A program made the position numbers and the translations under genes. A stretch of DNA of 64,000 nucleotides. Source: Rhizophagus irregularis. Its lineage: Eukaryota. The stretch is taken from assembly GCF_026210795.1 (NCBI RefSeq), contig NC_089431.1, forward strand, positions 2,480,001 to 2,544,000, given 5' to 3'. Numbering within the stretch: position 1 is the stretch's first letter; each line of letters opens with the position of its first letter. Of this stretch, positions 50,710 to 63,940 are shown one piece after another. The notes under the pieces were generated by a model. The model was not told where the DNA came from. It was given only the letters and a program-made list of their open reading frames with translations, and did no database searches.

Positions 50710-52141
50710 AGTTTGCTATTTATCACCACTGGTAGTCAGCACTGATGTCACGTGATTATAATTAACCAATAGTATTAATGTAACTAATTTAAATATTTTA
50801 TTTAACTTTATGTAATTTTACACGACTAAAAAATTGCGTACACGGTACATCTTTAATTTTTGAGAACACCCCAGTCAAATAAATAATAATGGACAAAATA
50901 AGTGATAAGGAATAAGAAAGAACAATAAAGAACAAAAAGAGTAATAAGAAACAATAGTATGAAATGGTAATGAAAAAAGAACAATAGGAAACGAGATAGC
51001 AATGAAAAGAACAGTATGGGATGAAATGATGATGAAAAGCAATATAGAATGAAATTGTGATATATAGGATGAAATGGTGATAGAAGAAACAATGTAGGAC
51101 GAAATGATGATAGAAAAAAACAATATAGGATGAAATAGTGATTAAGGGAGACGAAATGATAATGATGAAGTGATATAAAACAAAATGGTAATGGAAAAGA
51201 ACAATAGGAGACGATTCAGACGAAATAGTAATGAAAAGAACAGTATATATGGGATGAAATGATGATGAAAAGCAATATAGAACGAAAGGTGGTAGAAAAA
51301 GATGATAGGAGACGAAATGGTAATTAAAGGAACAGTATAGGTTGAAATGATGATAAAAAAGTAATATAAAGTGAAATGGTGATAGAAATAATGATATGAC
51401 AAAATGGTAAATAAAAGGAACGAATGATAATGATAAAGTGATATAGAACAAAATTGCGATGAAAAAAAAAGATAGGATGAAATAGAATGAAAGATGAAAG
51501 AATAATGTGGAACAAAGTGGAGATGGAAAAAGAATGATAGGTGACGAAATAGTGGTGGGAAAAATGATAGGAGATGAAATGGCGATGAAAGGACGAAATG
51601 ATGATGAAAAAGCAGTGTAGAATGAAATGGTGATAGAAAAAATGATATAGGACGAAATGGAGATGAAAGAATATATGGAATAAAATGGAGATAGAAAAAG
51701 AATGATAGGAGATGAAATAGTGATGGAAAAAAATGATGGAACAGCATGGCATAATAAGAAAGAAACAAAAAAACCATAAAGCCCAAAAAAGAAGTGAACA
51801 GCCCAACCAAAAAAAAGAAAAAGATAGTTAGTTAAAGAAAATAAATTTCCAATTCCAAAAGACCCAAAATAATTTACCATTTACTAAAATATTGATGCCA
51901 AAGTTTCAAAGACGTTAAAAGGTGGAAAAAACTACTTACAAAAAAGTGACAAAGTGGAGTAACGAATAAAATGAAAAGAAGGGAGAATAGTTAATATTAA
52001 TGAAGGGAAAAAACGTTAAGAAATATGTTCAACTTACTGAAAGCTAAGGAAGCAAAATAAAATCACGTAAATAAAAATAAACTAATAAATCTGATGAGTG
52101 ACGCAATACAAATAAACCATGTGACACTGGTGTTTCGTAGT
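50710..52141. mobile_element. Non-autonomous element with asymmetric subterminal inverted repeat and purine-rich interior (Helentron/HINE-like)
   Basis: Same terminus as the 12727 copy; CATGTGACACTGGTG at ~52118 is the near inverse of CACCAGTATCACGTG (12757) and of ~50740; interrupts one arm of an older foldback. Confidence 0.6.
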
Positions 52142-52443
52142 AATTTTATATATAATTTTACCCAAATTTTCAAAAAAAAAAATATAAATTATAGTCACAA
52201 TCAAAAATATAAGAAATATTATCAAAAATATAATAAAAAAACTTAATTATTATACTTTATAATGTTTAAATAAATAAAATTTATATAAAATAAAATGAAT
52301 AATAATACAAATAATTTTTTTTAGAATTTTTTAGAAAAAGTAATTGGCAAAAAATCATATAAAATATAAATTTTTAAAAAGATAATTTAAAGGGCAAATT
52401 AGTAAAACTTATTTGATTTGCTATAATAGTTTTTTAATATATA

Positions 52444-52802
52444 CTAGTGTTCACCTGTTGTCTACGACAACAGTTAATATGTAATTCCGGCCAGAATTAA
52501 AAGATCTGCAAAGAATATCCTTTTTTGGAAATTTGAGCAACACAATTTTTTTAATTTCTCTGAAAAGTAACAGAAGACAAAATTTCCTTTTTTTGGAAAT
52601 TTGCGTAACCGATAATTTCCTTTTATGGAATCCTGTGTAACCCAAAATTTCAGTTTTTCGCCAGAAATAAAATTCCTTTTTTTGGTTTTGTGTAACATTG
52701 GCGACGAATAGGAGTAGGGTTACACAATTCAAATGACTTATTTATATGGTTAATCTAAACATAACGCCCACGTGATTGCAGTGTTTTTTAATATATAAAA
52801 GA
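52444..52802 (-). mobile_element. Non-autonomous Helitron (359 bp)
   Basis: Minus strand reads A|TCTTTTATATATTAAAA ... hairpin CTGTTGTC-gta-GACAACAG, 7 nt, CTAG|T: canonical 5' TC, 3' hairpin plus CTRR, AT target. Confidence 0.82.
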
Positions 52803-52826
52803 TTAGTAATGTTTACTAATTTTAAT

Positions 52827-53007
52827 AAGACTTTACTTATTTATAATAAAGATTACTGTCTTTTTATTAATGATTTTTACTTTACTTTTTTTTTAAATTC
52901 TATTGGTTAATTAGCCAAAAAGGAAAAAAATTATAATAATGTAATATAAAATTTTCTTTTATAATAAGATCAGCAAATAACTTATCTTATAAGTAAATGG
53001 AATTCTG
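52827..53007. mobile_element. Diverged inverted copy of the 36417-36643 MITE
   Basis: TTCTATTGGTTAATTAGC..ATAATAATGTAATATAAAATTTTCTTTTATA is the reverse complement of 36497-36561. Confidence 0.75.
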
Positions 53008-53138
53008 TTTTAACATAAATTACAAATTAAATAATATCTTATTATATTTTTAAAATTTAATTTTACCGTAAAAAAAAAGAGATTTACTAATTTGCCTTTT
53101 GAATAAATAATTTTGGTTAAATTACTTTTCTAAATATA

Positions 53139-53313
53139 TATGTTATCCAAATTATTTTGAGCTGCCATAATTATAAGTAAAATTCCAAATTCAATTAAGG
53201 CATCCCAAATTATTTTAGTACTTTATATAGTAAATTACATATAAACTGAATGAATTATTATAGCATTCCAAATTATAATTATGGCATCTTAAAATAATAA
53301 TTTGAACAGCATA
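53139..53313. mobile_element. Diverged inverted copy of the 12959-13127 MITE
   Basis: Collinear reverse-complement match across the element with many transitions. Confidence 0.8.
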
Positions 53314-54228
53314 TATATTTCTAAAAATTTATATTTTATGCAATTTTTTCCAATCATTTTTTTAAAAAAATTATTTGATTATTATTCATTTCACTTAATC
53401 ACTTTACATAGATTTTATTTATTTGGACATTATAAACAAAATGATCAAGTTTTTTTACATTTTTGATGATATTTTATATTTTTAATTATAACCATAATTC
53501 AAATTTTCTTTGGAAATTTGGGCAAAATTATATAATTATATAAAATCTACTGGTAAGTTAAAATCACTTTAGATTAAAATTAATTTTGTACAAAAAAAAT
53601 ATAATAATGAAATTTTTATAAATAAAATAAAAATAAAATAAAAATAAAAGTATTCAAAATACACTTATTAAATATTATATCAATTACTAGAATTACACCA
53701 CAATTTGTTGATAAAATAAGATCAATAACTTAAATAAAAAAATATTTTTATTTCTGCAGTTATCTCAAAAAGTGAACCTTCTAGATTTTAGTTTAATACA
53801 GCATTTAACTTTATTTATATAAATCAATTTTTTACTTGGTAGATAATATAAATAATTATTTTGATTAAAATATCAAAAAAAATATTATTATGATAACTAT
53901 AAAAATTGTGTTTTTTTATTTTCTTTTAAATATTAAATAGGTAAAAATTTTTGTACTTCCCGATTTCCTGTTTAATCGCCTTAAACCGGTAAATCGATAG
54001 TGTAATATTATAGGTAAATGGTAAATGACACATTCAGAATTCCGATATAGTTTATAGAAAACGTGATAATTTAGCCGATATGTAGGATAAGAAAGTAAAA
54101 AAACGAATAGAAGTTATCTCACGTATTCATTTTTCATTCATTTACCCTTATTACTTTTTGTCTTGTTTCTTTTTTCTTTTTTTTCTACATAGAATTTTAT
54201 TCAATACAGAGAAAATCACAGGAAAATA

Positions 54229-55359
54229 ATGTCGACTGACAGTAAAAAAAAAAGAAAAACGTGAGAAACTTGAAGGGTTAATAGCTAAACGTAGAGCCGA
54301 AGGAGCTAATGAAGAAGACAATGACAAGTTGTATTTTTATTCGTGTTTCAATTATTTTAAAGTGAAGCCGTTTTTTTTCAAAACGACTATATGAGTTACT
54401 ATCAGAGTTATGTCACGTAAAATTATTCAATATTCTTAAATATTTCTAATAAAGTAGAAAGAATAAACAGAAATCAGCCACTAGCACTCCAAGTTCTTCT
54501 AAAACAACAACACCCACTAAAGCTTCAAAAGCACGAACTTCCCCCACTGCAAAACCTAAGCAACCTCCACCCAAGCCTAAAGGAGGTAGACCACCACGTC
54601 AAGATCAATATGAAGATGATGGTTTCATTGTAGATGATAATGAAGAAGGTGTTATCTTAAAAATTGTTTTTTACTCAAAAGAATAAACTAAATGTATCGA
54701 TTATAAACAAAATAGAGGAAGAGGAATCTGAAACAGAGAGCGATGATGCTACTGAAGAAGAATTTGGATCATCTGAATCTGGTTCTGACGATAGTAAGAA
54801 GAAAAGGAAGAAAGGAAAACCAAAACAAAAGAATAATGCTAAAAAGAAGGTATTCGTTGGGTGTTAATTTGTTTTATATGAGTAGAAATTGTGGTAAATT
54901 ATTGTTTTTTATTATAATTGATAGCAGAAGAAAAAGACACAGAAGAGGAGAAAGGATGAGGACAGTGACGATGATGATTCCGAAGATGATTCAAGAAAAA
55001 AATCGAGTAAGAAAAAGAAAGGTGGATCAGACTCCGAGGATTTGGATCCAGAAAAAGAAAAAAATGATTTACGTAAGCTTATTTAAATTATATTATGTTA
55101 ATAAAATAATTACATATTATTTTATTAACCTGATTTATTTTTTTTAAAAAAAAAATACCAGTGGAAGATCTTGAAGTCATCGACTCGGGATCCATCATGA
55201 AAGGGAGGACAAGAGGAAAAAAGATAGATTTTACAGGAATGGTAAAATATAATTCGACTATACAAATATTATTGCTGGTTATTTCTTGTTTAGGCTTCAT
55301 ACACAAGCGTACATATCATTTTATTTGAATGTTTTTAGGATCCTTACGACGACGAATAA
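54229..55359 (+). CDS. Acidic/basic low-complexity nuclear protein with a C-terminal CHZ histone-chaperone motif
   Basis: Spliced exons ending EDLEVIDSGSIMKGRTRGKKIDFTGM|DPYDDE*; YEDDGFIVDD motif; apparent 1-nt frameshift in the A10 run at 54244-54253. Confidence 0.7.
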
Positions 55360-56241
55360 ATATTATGATATAAGAAAACAACAATATTTCGACTCTTTTT
55401 GCTATAAGGTTTTAAATCGCTTAATTCTCGTTATTCAAGGAAGGTTAGTTTTGGATATAAAATATTCTTTTTTTTGAAAAGTATTAGAATTCAGAATTCA
55501 GTTATAAATTTCCGTAAAACAAGTAAATAATAAAATGAAAAAAAAAATTGCAAAAAACTAAATCAATCAGTACAAAATTTCTTGTATTTTATTAAATTTA
55601 ATTATTTAATTTTGGTTATTATAAATTAAACGATTAAAGAAGCTTAATAAATTATCACATTATCGTTATTTTTGCTAATATCAATTGGAATGTGCATTCT
55701 ATATTTAAGAAAATAAATGCTAATTTGAAATATCTAACCTTCCGACCACTCATAATCTAAATTTTCAAAATCTTTTTATAGCGATTTCATCCATTTACAA
55801 GCCGTCTATCGTACGAATCTATCCAGCATATACTTATCCCAAGTCTTTTGCACATTTCTTTTAGTTAAATGTTAAGGTGAATATTGGAGATAGAAATTTT
55901 TCTATTTTCAAAAAATAAAAGACGCGTTCAAAACAATCACCATTTTTAAAAAAGCATCGATAACACGCCGGCAGATATGACCAAGCAGTGACCAAGCGCA
56001 TATATATACTGTAAAATTATGAGATAGATAAAATGTATAGAATACTACTTTTCTTCGGATAATTTTTAGTATTTCTATGAATCAAAAGGGTTTAACGAAA
56101 AAAAAACGCCTTATCATATGTTCAAATTATTTAAATTCGAATTTCATTAGGTAAAGAGCTCAACGTATATATGACACGTGACTTCAGATTCCTCAAAAGA
56201 CGAAATCATATCGTATTAATTTTTAATAATAAATGATGATT

Positions 56242-56964
56242 TTAACTATATTTCTTGTACACCAATTTATAATCTTCTATCACAACTTTTCCACCGATTC
56301 CTAAATAACTGATATCTTCCAATACATGAATAACAAAAGGTTTAACGATGTTAATAAGCATGTCATCTCCAAGAGTATCATAAACGGAGATTGCATATAT
56401 ATCTATTAATAATAAAATAAAAGTCATTATAACAAATGACAACTAATAATAAAATTTTCTTACAAACTATATCGTACCATAAACTTCCACAAAACCAAGT
56501 TCATTCCAAAGTTTCTTCATTTTTTCAACGGTCAATTCAGCAGTAATAAATTCAGAAATCTCGATTACATTATCTTTAAAAAGCATATAAAAATTGTCAA
56601 GAAATATACATATCGTAGCAAATATATGTACGCTTTCTGCTTTTAGAAAGAATATTGTTGGATAACTTTGTTTTAATTGTAAACTTTGAGTTTCTGACAC
56701 TGTTGGAAATGATTTTATTTGGCATTCTTCTGTGCAGTTGTGCTTTATTAAATGTCTTTTCCGCCAAAATTCATTCCAATGTACTCCTCCTCTTCGAATT
56801 GTTTCTGTAGTATTTTGTTGTTGTTCTTGTTGATTTTGTTGTTGTTGGCTATTGGAAGAAGTAGAAGTCCCTGTCTGTATGGAAGTATTCTGATGTTGAA
56901 CGCGACGTTGCTGTTGAGTTCGATTTCCTTGGTATCGCGAATTTGTATGAGTGGATCTTATCAT
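56242..56964 (-). CDS. Orphan-family protein, copy B (exons 56964-56478 and 56402-56242)
   Basis: MIRSTH.. Q-rich N-terminus; FLDNFYMLFKDNV..LTVEKMKKLWNELGF; same phase-1 intron position as copy A. Confidence 0.8.
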
Positions 56965-57217
56965 TTTCGTCTTAACATGAAAATAAGCCGAATAAAAATA
57001 TTTTATAGAAATTATTTTTCTGGGAAAACAAAAATTCGATCCTGATTGGGTTGAGTTCGAATTCAATATTTCAATCTGCTAATTTTTCTTGCTTATGTAA
57101 GTAAGAAATGTTATTCTGTATGTCACCACGTGATCGTTTATTTTACTATGTATTAAATATGACATCTCGTGTATATTTAATAAGCCCATTTCACGAAGAT
57201 CCTGTTATCTTTTTTAC

Positions 57218-58469
57218 ATGTTATCAATGTCGTCAACAAACCATTCTGCATTACTTCACATTTCATTACCTACTCTTTCCTCTATAACAGATTATCATAA
57301 AGAATTGATCAATTCATCAGTTGTTCAAGCTACAAATTTATTAACAATATTAGTATCTTGTCCTGAATTAGATTATTACATAAATGATCCCTTAGCTGGT
57401 TGGACTCAAGTTCAAAACTTATTAAGTACATTATACGTTTCAGGAACAAAAACGGCTTTTGAAACTGACAAACCATTTTTTAATATTGACGTTATATTTG
57501 AGAATTGGTGTGGATATCAAGTTGAATTGTCAAATGATAGGCAATTTGATGTTTTATTTGGAACTATAAATGGTATAATATTTTTTTAAAAACGAACAAA
57601 ATTTCTCGTATGATTAATTTAAATTGATGATTTATCCTAATAGAAAAGGAGCGTTTACAACTATTCAATGAAACTCGTAAAAAATTTTCATTATCGGAAT
57701 TACCAATATATATTCTCGAGTTAAAAATGCAACCACCTTCAATTGAACCGATCGCTTCTAACGAGATTTCTTTGCCGCTTAGCAATCCAAAAACATTTGA
57801 TCATGTTGCTGTTGGCGGAACATTCGATCATTTACATGCCGGACATAAAATCCTTTTAACAATGACAGCTTGGATAACTGGAAAAAGGTTAATTTGTGGT
57901 GTTACTGGTAAGTTAATAAATTTATTCCATAAATCTACGTGTTATGTTTAATTTTCCTTTTGTTTTCAACTTAGATGATATTATGCTCAGAAATAAAAAA
58001 TTTAAGGAACAATTAGAGTCAATTGATACGCGTATTACAGGAGTTCGACAATTCTTAGAAACAATTCGTCGAGGTTTGAATTATGAGGTTTGTTCCCTAA
58101 ATAAATTATTATTTAACAAATTTTTTATAACCATTCTTATTATTATTTAGGTGGTTCCGATTTATGATGCATATGGTCCAACTATAATAGATGCTGAAAT
58201 TCAAGCCATAGTTGTTTCCCAAGAAACGAATAGCGGTGCTAATTCTAGTAGGAATTTTTGATTTAATAAATTATTAAAAAAGAACATTCATTCATGTTTT
58301 CTTTTTTTTTACAGTTAACGATGAACGTGTAAAAAAAGGATTTCAACCTCTCCATATATCGATAATTGAAGTTATTTCTTCTTCAAATCCATCTCTTTCT
58401 AAAGATGATCTAAAAAATCTCAAGCTTAGTTCAACATATTTACGTGGATTACTATGCAAAAAAGATTAA
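57218..58469 (+). CDS. CAB4: Phosphopantetheine adenylyltransferase-like (cytidylyltransferase superfamily)
   Basis: VAVGGTFDHLHAGHKILLT (HxGH), PIYDAYGPT, AIVVSQETNSGA, KLSST; multi-exon. Confidence 0.88.
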
Positions 58470-58652
58470 TTATTTATTCCTGCTTTAATCTAGAAAATAT
58501 TTAATCTAGAAAATTAAATTTGGATTACAGGATTGTTTACAGAATTCGTTATTATGTATATGGAACATTATCTTTTATACAAAATACTTTATATTAATTA
58601 ATTATGATATTAATTCCCTTAATAAATTACATCGAAACTTTTTTTGTAATCG

Positions 58653-60320
58653 TTACATGATTTGTGCTCTAAAGTGACGTTGTAATTTATTGGCTTTAAT
58701 ACCAATACGTGTATCATAATTTTGTTGGTGCCTTTTCTCACGTGAAGCGATGAAATGAGGTCGATAATGTTTATACATATGATCATTAGTGATTAATATT
58801 CCTCCAGATTGTCTATACTTAGAATTATCGCCGTATTCTGTAATAAACCGATTTATAATCGAATCTCGTTCCTATAAATTAGGACGAATTTTTTAAGAGA
58901 TTGTTATAAAAAACGCGAAAATTTTTTTAAAAAAAGAATTACCTCAATAGGGCGCAAGTTTTGTCTATAATATCTACGTAAAAGTCGATGACCAAGTCTT
59001 TTACCAGATGGCAATACCAGTTCCATATCTTCTTCATATATCATACTAATAAAAGAAAATATTGACTTTGAATAAAATTTCTTAAATTACATTTCGAGTA
59101 AAAATATTTACATTTTAGGAAGTTCATCATCATTTTCATCATCATTTTCGGCTTCATCATCACTAACAAACACCCAATTATCATCGTTATCTGCATCAGG
59201 ATAACTGGAAGTAAAATCATAAAATTCGTCAAATTCCATAATATCTTCTTCAGTTTCATAAGCTATTTTACAGTGACCTTTATCTACCTAAAAGTAAATC
59301 CTATTTTAGCGTATAATATTCTTTAATACTAAATTAATTATAAAATAAATGTAAAATCAAACCATATGCCTTCTAACAGATTCAAGGCTTTTCGTTCCCT
59401 TTGAACAATATAAACAAACATTTCCAATAGAAATTTTTTCACCCAAATATTTAATTAATCCATGAGAATCAATCAAATACTCTATTTCCGGTATGAAAAA
59501 ACTATGAATTTTTGTCATATGTCGCATATTTTCATCAAAAGATTCAAATTTTTGTGTACAAAATAGGCAATCAGACTCATCTAGTGCTATTGCTACTTCA
59601 ATTTTTTTGTCAATAAGTTCATTCTATAAAAGATTGAAAAAAAATATAAATTAAGTATAAATAAATTATCACTAAAACAAATATTTTACCTCATTCGGTA
59701 TTTGTGGAGTTATCCTGGTACTAATTACATTTTTTTTCGTGTGAGTTGTTCCTATAAAAAATAATAACAATTATAAAACAAAATAATCATTTTTTAGTTA
59801 GGTGATCAATGGATTACCTTCAAAGGATGCTTTTGCATCAGCAGCTTTATGTTTATTAGATTGTAAATGATTTGCATAAGCATTCTCAGAATAATAAATT
59901 TTACTATGATTTTTTGAAAAGAAGGAAATAACATGAATTAATTTGAACAAGAAAAATTATTATCCAAATTAGAAAGGTTCTTACTTGCAAGCAGTGCATT
60001 CTGCAGAGAAACTAGCCTTTCTCTCGGCATCGTTACTTTGCGCTTGTTGAGCTAAACAGAAATTTCTAGTTAGCTTCTTTCAATAACAAACGATCTAAAC
60101 GAATGTTAACAAACATTGAAGTATTAGTACCTAAAACCTTCTGATTAAATACTTCAGAGGTAACAGGTGGTAATTCCGCAACTTTTCTTTTCAAGTTGTA
60201 ACGATGCCAGTCAGTTCCATAATGAACTCTTTGAGACTCAGCAGTAGTGAACACAACTTGACAAGCCAAACAAGTAAAAAGTTGAGATCGAGGATGGTTT
60301 ACGACAGTAGCAGCGGACAT
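58653..60320 (-). CDS. REI1: Pre-60S maturation C2H2 zinc-finger protein Rei1/Reh1 (ZNF622 family)
   Basis: FTCLACQV..HYGTDWHRYNLKRKVAELPPV; CLFC..HMTKIHSFFIPEIEYL; VRRHM..KGHCKIAY; LPSGKRLGHR; KLQRHFRAQIM*. Confidence 0.92.
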
Positions 60321-60760
60321 TGTTTAAATGACGAAGAAATAGCTGTTAGAATACGTAGAATATGATAAGCAATTGCTTGTAAATAGAATTTATAATAGAT
60401 CAAGGCAAGTTGGGAAAGAAAGATATTTTGTGATTAGCATTACTATGATCTAAATTTGGCGGAAAATTAGTGGATTGTGGTCTTGTGGTTCTAAACGTAT
60501 AAATTGGATCATCAGACCGGACACTGTAAGGATCTTCCAATCGGATAACGAAAACGCGATATATGTCATTTTAAAAGCCATAGATTATCAATTTCTTTTA
60601 CTACCGCTGTAAATTATGACGACATGGATAAAATTAAAAATGATAATTATTTTTAATCGCTTAAGGCTATGCTGCATATCATTCAATTAAACGTGTCTTA
60701 AAAGTAAAGCATGTACATCTTTAATCTTGATCATCAGATTTTTTGGTTAAATTTTTCAGA

Positions 60761-63130
60761 ATGGTTTATACCCCAAATTTAATTTCTCGACAATTTTTCG
60801 GAAAAATTGTGTTAACTCGAAGTAATTACCTTAAGAATTTTGTCGTAAGAAACGTTAACAGAAACAGTATTCAATTTATTGTACCAACAAACCGTAAGTT
60901 TGCTACTTCTATAGAGAGTAGTACTTCAGGTGCTGAAATTCCAGCCAAAAAACATGCTCCAACAAAAAAAGTCGAGTTTACAGCTGATAAATATACATAT
61001 TTACATAGAAATCCTAATTTCAAGGAGGTGGATATATTTGTTATTTCTCATAATATTAAATTGACAAGCAAATTGAATTTTTAAAATTTATTAGCTTACC
61101 CAAGACGACATCAAATTTTTCGCTTCAATTTTACCTGCAAATGGTTTAATCATTGACAATGAAGAAGAATTAATGCCTTATAATGTTGATTGGATGAAAA
61201 AATATCGGGGAAAGTCACGTTTAGTAGCAAGACCTAAAACTACACGTCAGATTTCTCAAATACTCAAATATTGTAATGAGAATAAACTGCCTGTTGTACC
61301 GCAAGGTGGTAACACGGGACTTGTTGGTAAGTAGAGGAATTATGCTACGTGTTTAAGTTGAACATTTAATTTAATATTTGTATGTTGCAGGTGGTGGGGT
61401 ACCAGTTTTTGACGAAATTGTTATAAGCACTAATAATATGAATCAAATTAGAAGTTTTGACCCAGTTTCGGGTGAGGATAAATAAATCATTTTAACTTAT
61501 TAACAGTAGAATTTATATGCTAAGGATTCATTTTTATAGGCATTCTCACTTGTGATGCCGGGTGTATTCTGGAAGTTCTTGATAATTATTTAGCTGAACA
61601 AGAACAAGGTTATATGATGCCACTAGATTTAGGTGCAAAGGGCAGGTAAATTTTAAGACATTGTTTTTTTTAAAGACATATTTTACAATGTTCTCATCTT
61701 TCCTCAGTTGTCATATTGGTGGAAATGTAGCAACAAATGCTGGCGGTTTAAGATTATTAAGATATGGATCCCTTCACGGTACTGTTTTGGGCCTGGAAGC
61801 GGTATTGCCAGATGGAACTATTTTGGATAATTTATCCACACTTCGTAAAGATAATACAGGTTAGTTCTTAAAAGTAAATTTTCTTAATATTCCTTATTCA
61901 AATTGATTTTATTTGTTTAGGTTATGATATAAAACAACTGTTTATTGGAAGTGAAGGAACACTCGGAGTCATTACAGGTGTTTCTATATTGACACCACCA
62001 AAGCCCAAAGTAAATTGACATTAAACATATTAGTTACATACTTTTATTATAAATTTATTAATTTCTAATTTGGATGTAATTTAGGCAGTTAATGTCGCTG
62101 TTCTTGGTGTGAGCACATTCCAAAATGTTCAAAAAGCATTAGTTACATCAAAAAATAAACTATCAGAAATCCTGTCAGGTGAAATCTCAATCATAAGACG
62201 ACTTTCGTTCTTATAGCCTAAATAATTATTTTGTGTTCCATTTTTTTAATATTAGCGTTTGAATTCTGGGATTCTGATACCTTGAAATTGTCAAAAGCAC
62301 ATAATATCCAAGGAACGAAATTTCCGCTAGAAGATAATTATCCATTTTATGTATTAGTCGAAATAAGTGGATCAAACAAATACCATGATGATGATAAATT
62401 GCAAAATTTTCTAGAAGAACTCTTAGCAAATGAAATAGTTAAAGATGGTGTTGTAGCACAAGATGAGACACAAATGTCAACTTTATGGTCGTTACGTGAA
62501 GGTATACCAGAAGCGTGTAGTAAAGCTGGGGCTGTTTATAAATATGATATTAGTATTCCATTATCCGTATTTTATCAAATGGCTGAAGATATGAGAAATA
62601 GACTACAATCCGCTGGTGTATTTGGTGAGGATAATTTGGTTAGCAATGTAATAGCTTATGGACATGTCGGCGATGGTAAGATTTTTTTTAAGCGAAGAAT
62701 TTTTTTGAATTATAATAAATAAACGTAATTTTTTTACTATTTTAGGAAACCTACATTTAAACATAGTAGCTAAATCTTATGATCCTAAAGTTACTAATTT
62801 AATTGAACCTTTTATATACGAATGGACAGGTATGTCGTAAGAATTTTATCGTACATTCGCGAAATATTTTGATATAAATTTTTTTTTTTGTGATAGAACA
62901 ACATAATGGATCTATTTCAGCAGGTAATTTATTAATTTATATAATTTCTGTTAATAACACGTATTAATATTAATAAACTCCTTTACATAGAACATGGTCT
63001 TGGACTTATGAAAGCAAATTATTTGAAATACTCAAAATCTTCTTCAATGATTTCGATCATGAAACAAATTAAACAAAGTATTGATCCTAATGGAATTATG
63101 AATCCTTATAAATTCTTACCGACACAATAA
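60761..63130 (+). CDS. DLD2: FAD-linked D-2-hydroxyglutarate/D-lactate dehydrogenase, mitochondrial
   Basis: [90 protein letters not shown]. Confidence 0.95.
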
Positions 63131-63940
63131 ATAATCAAAAGTGAAAAGTATTTTCATTGCGCAATTCACAATAAATGTTTAATAATTATGTTGAATTCAA
63201 TAAATACTTTAAATCTCTTTTAGATGCATATACTAATAAATTTAATTTAAATATATGAAATTTGAGAGAACAAAATTTCGAGCATAAATATTTTGTTTAT
63301 TGACTGTGTTTATACAAGGATATGATAATTTATCATTACAAATTTTAGTAGCGCTAGTATATACAGGAATTTATAACTTTCATGTTTTCTTATACTACAA
63401 CCATCTGTCAGTTTTTATAATATGCACAACACATTGATTGTACTTTTGAAAATGTTAATAAGTACAAATATATCTAATATAACAAAAAAATCCTTATAAT
63501 TTTCAAGTTTCTATAATAATTTGATATATTTCTCGTTTGTCTTGCTATTTGTTTCACATACCCACAACAAAAATTATCAGTATAGCTTCGAATTTTTTCA
63601 CTAACTGACACCTTTCAATTGTTTAAAAAAAATAATGGTTTGTTATTTAATTTTTAAGCGATAGAAGGTTAGGGGGTATTGGGGTTCTAATAAAATAAAA
63701 ATCAGAGATTAAAAAAAGTTTCATTTTATATTTCTTTTTTTTTAAAAAAAAATAACTTACCATGTAGTGTTGCTTATTGTTTTTCCATCTATTGTTAACA
63801 CCGTTTCTCTGAATAACTATAGCCATTGGTGAACATCCACTTAGAGGTAGTCCCTCTTTTGCACTATTATGAGGGTTATTCGGTTTTTTGATTTTAACTT
63901 TATTTTGTTTCAAAATATGTTAATAGACATGAACGAATAA

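Noticed and set aside
50798..51880. Long hydrophobic ORFs (360, 222 and 160 aa) resembling membrane proteins
   Set aside because: Overlapping frames generated by a low-complexity pyrimidine-rich strand inside a repeat
11830..54229. Starship or single giant element spanning the island
   Set aside because: No tyrosine-recombinase captain or bounding repeats; much of the block resolves into independent elements with their own TIRs and TSDs
63647..63913. 88-aa minus-strand ORF with a donor site near 63760
   Set aside because: No recognisable protein motif; may be UTR or non-coding exons of something outside the window
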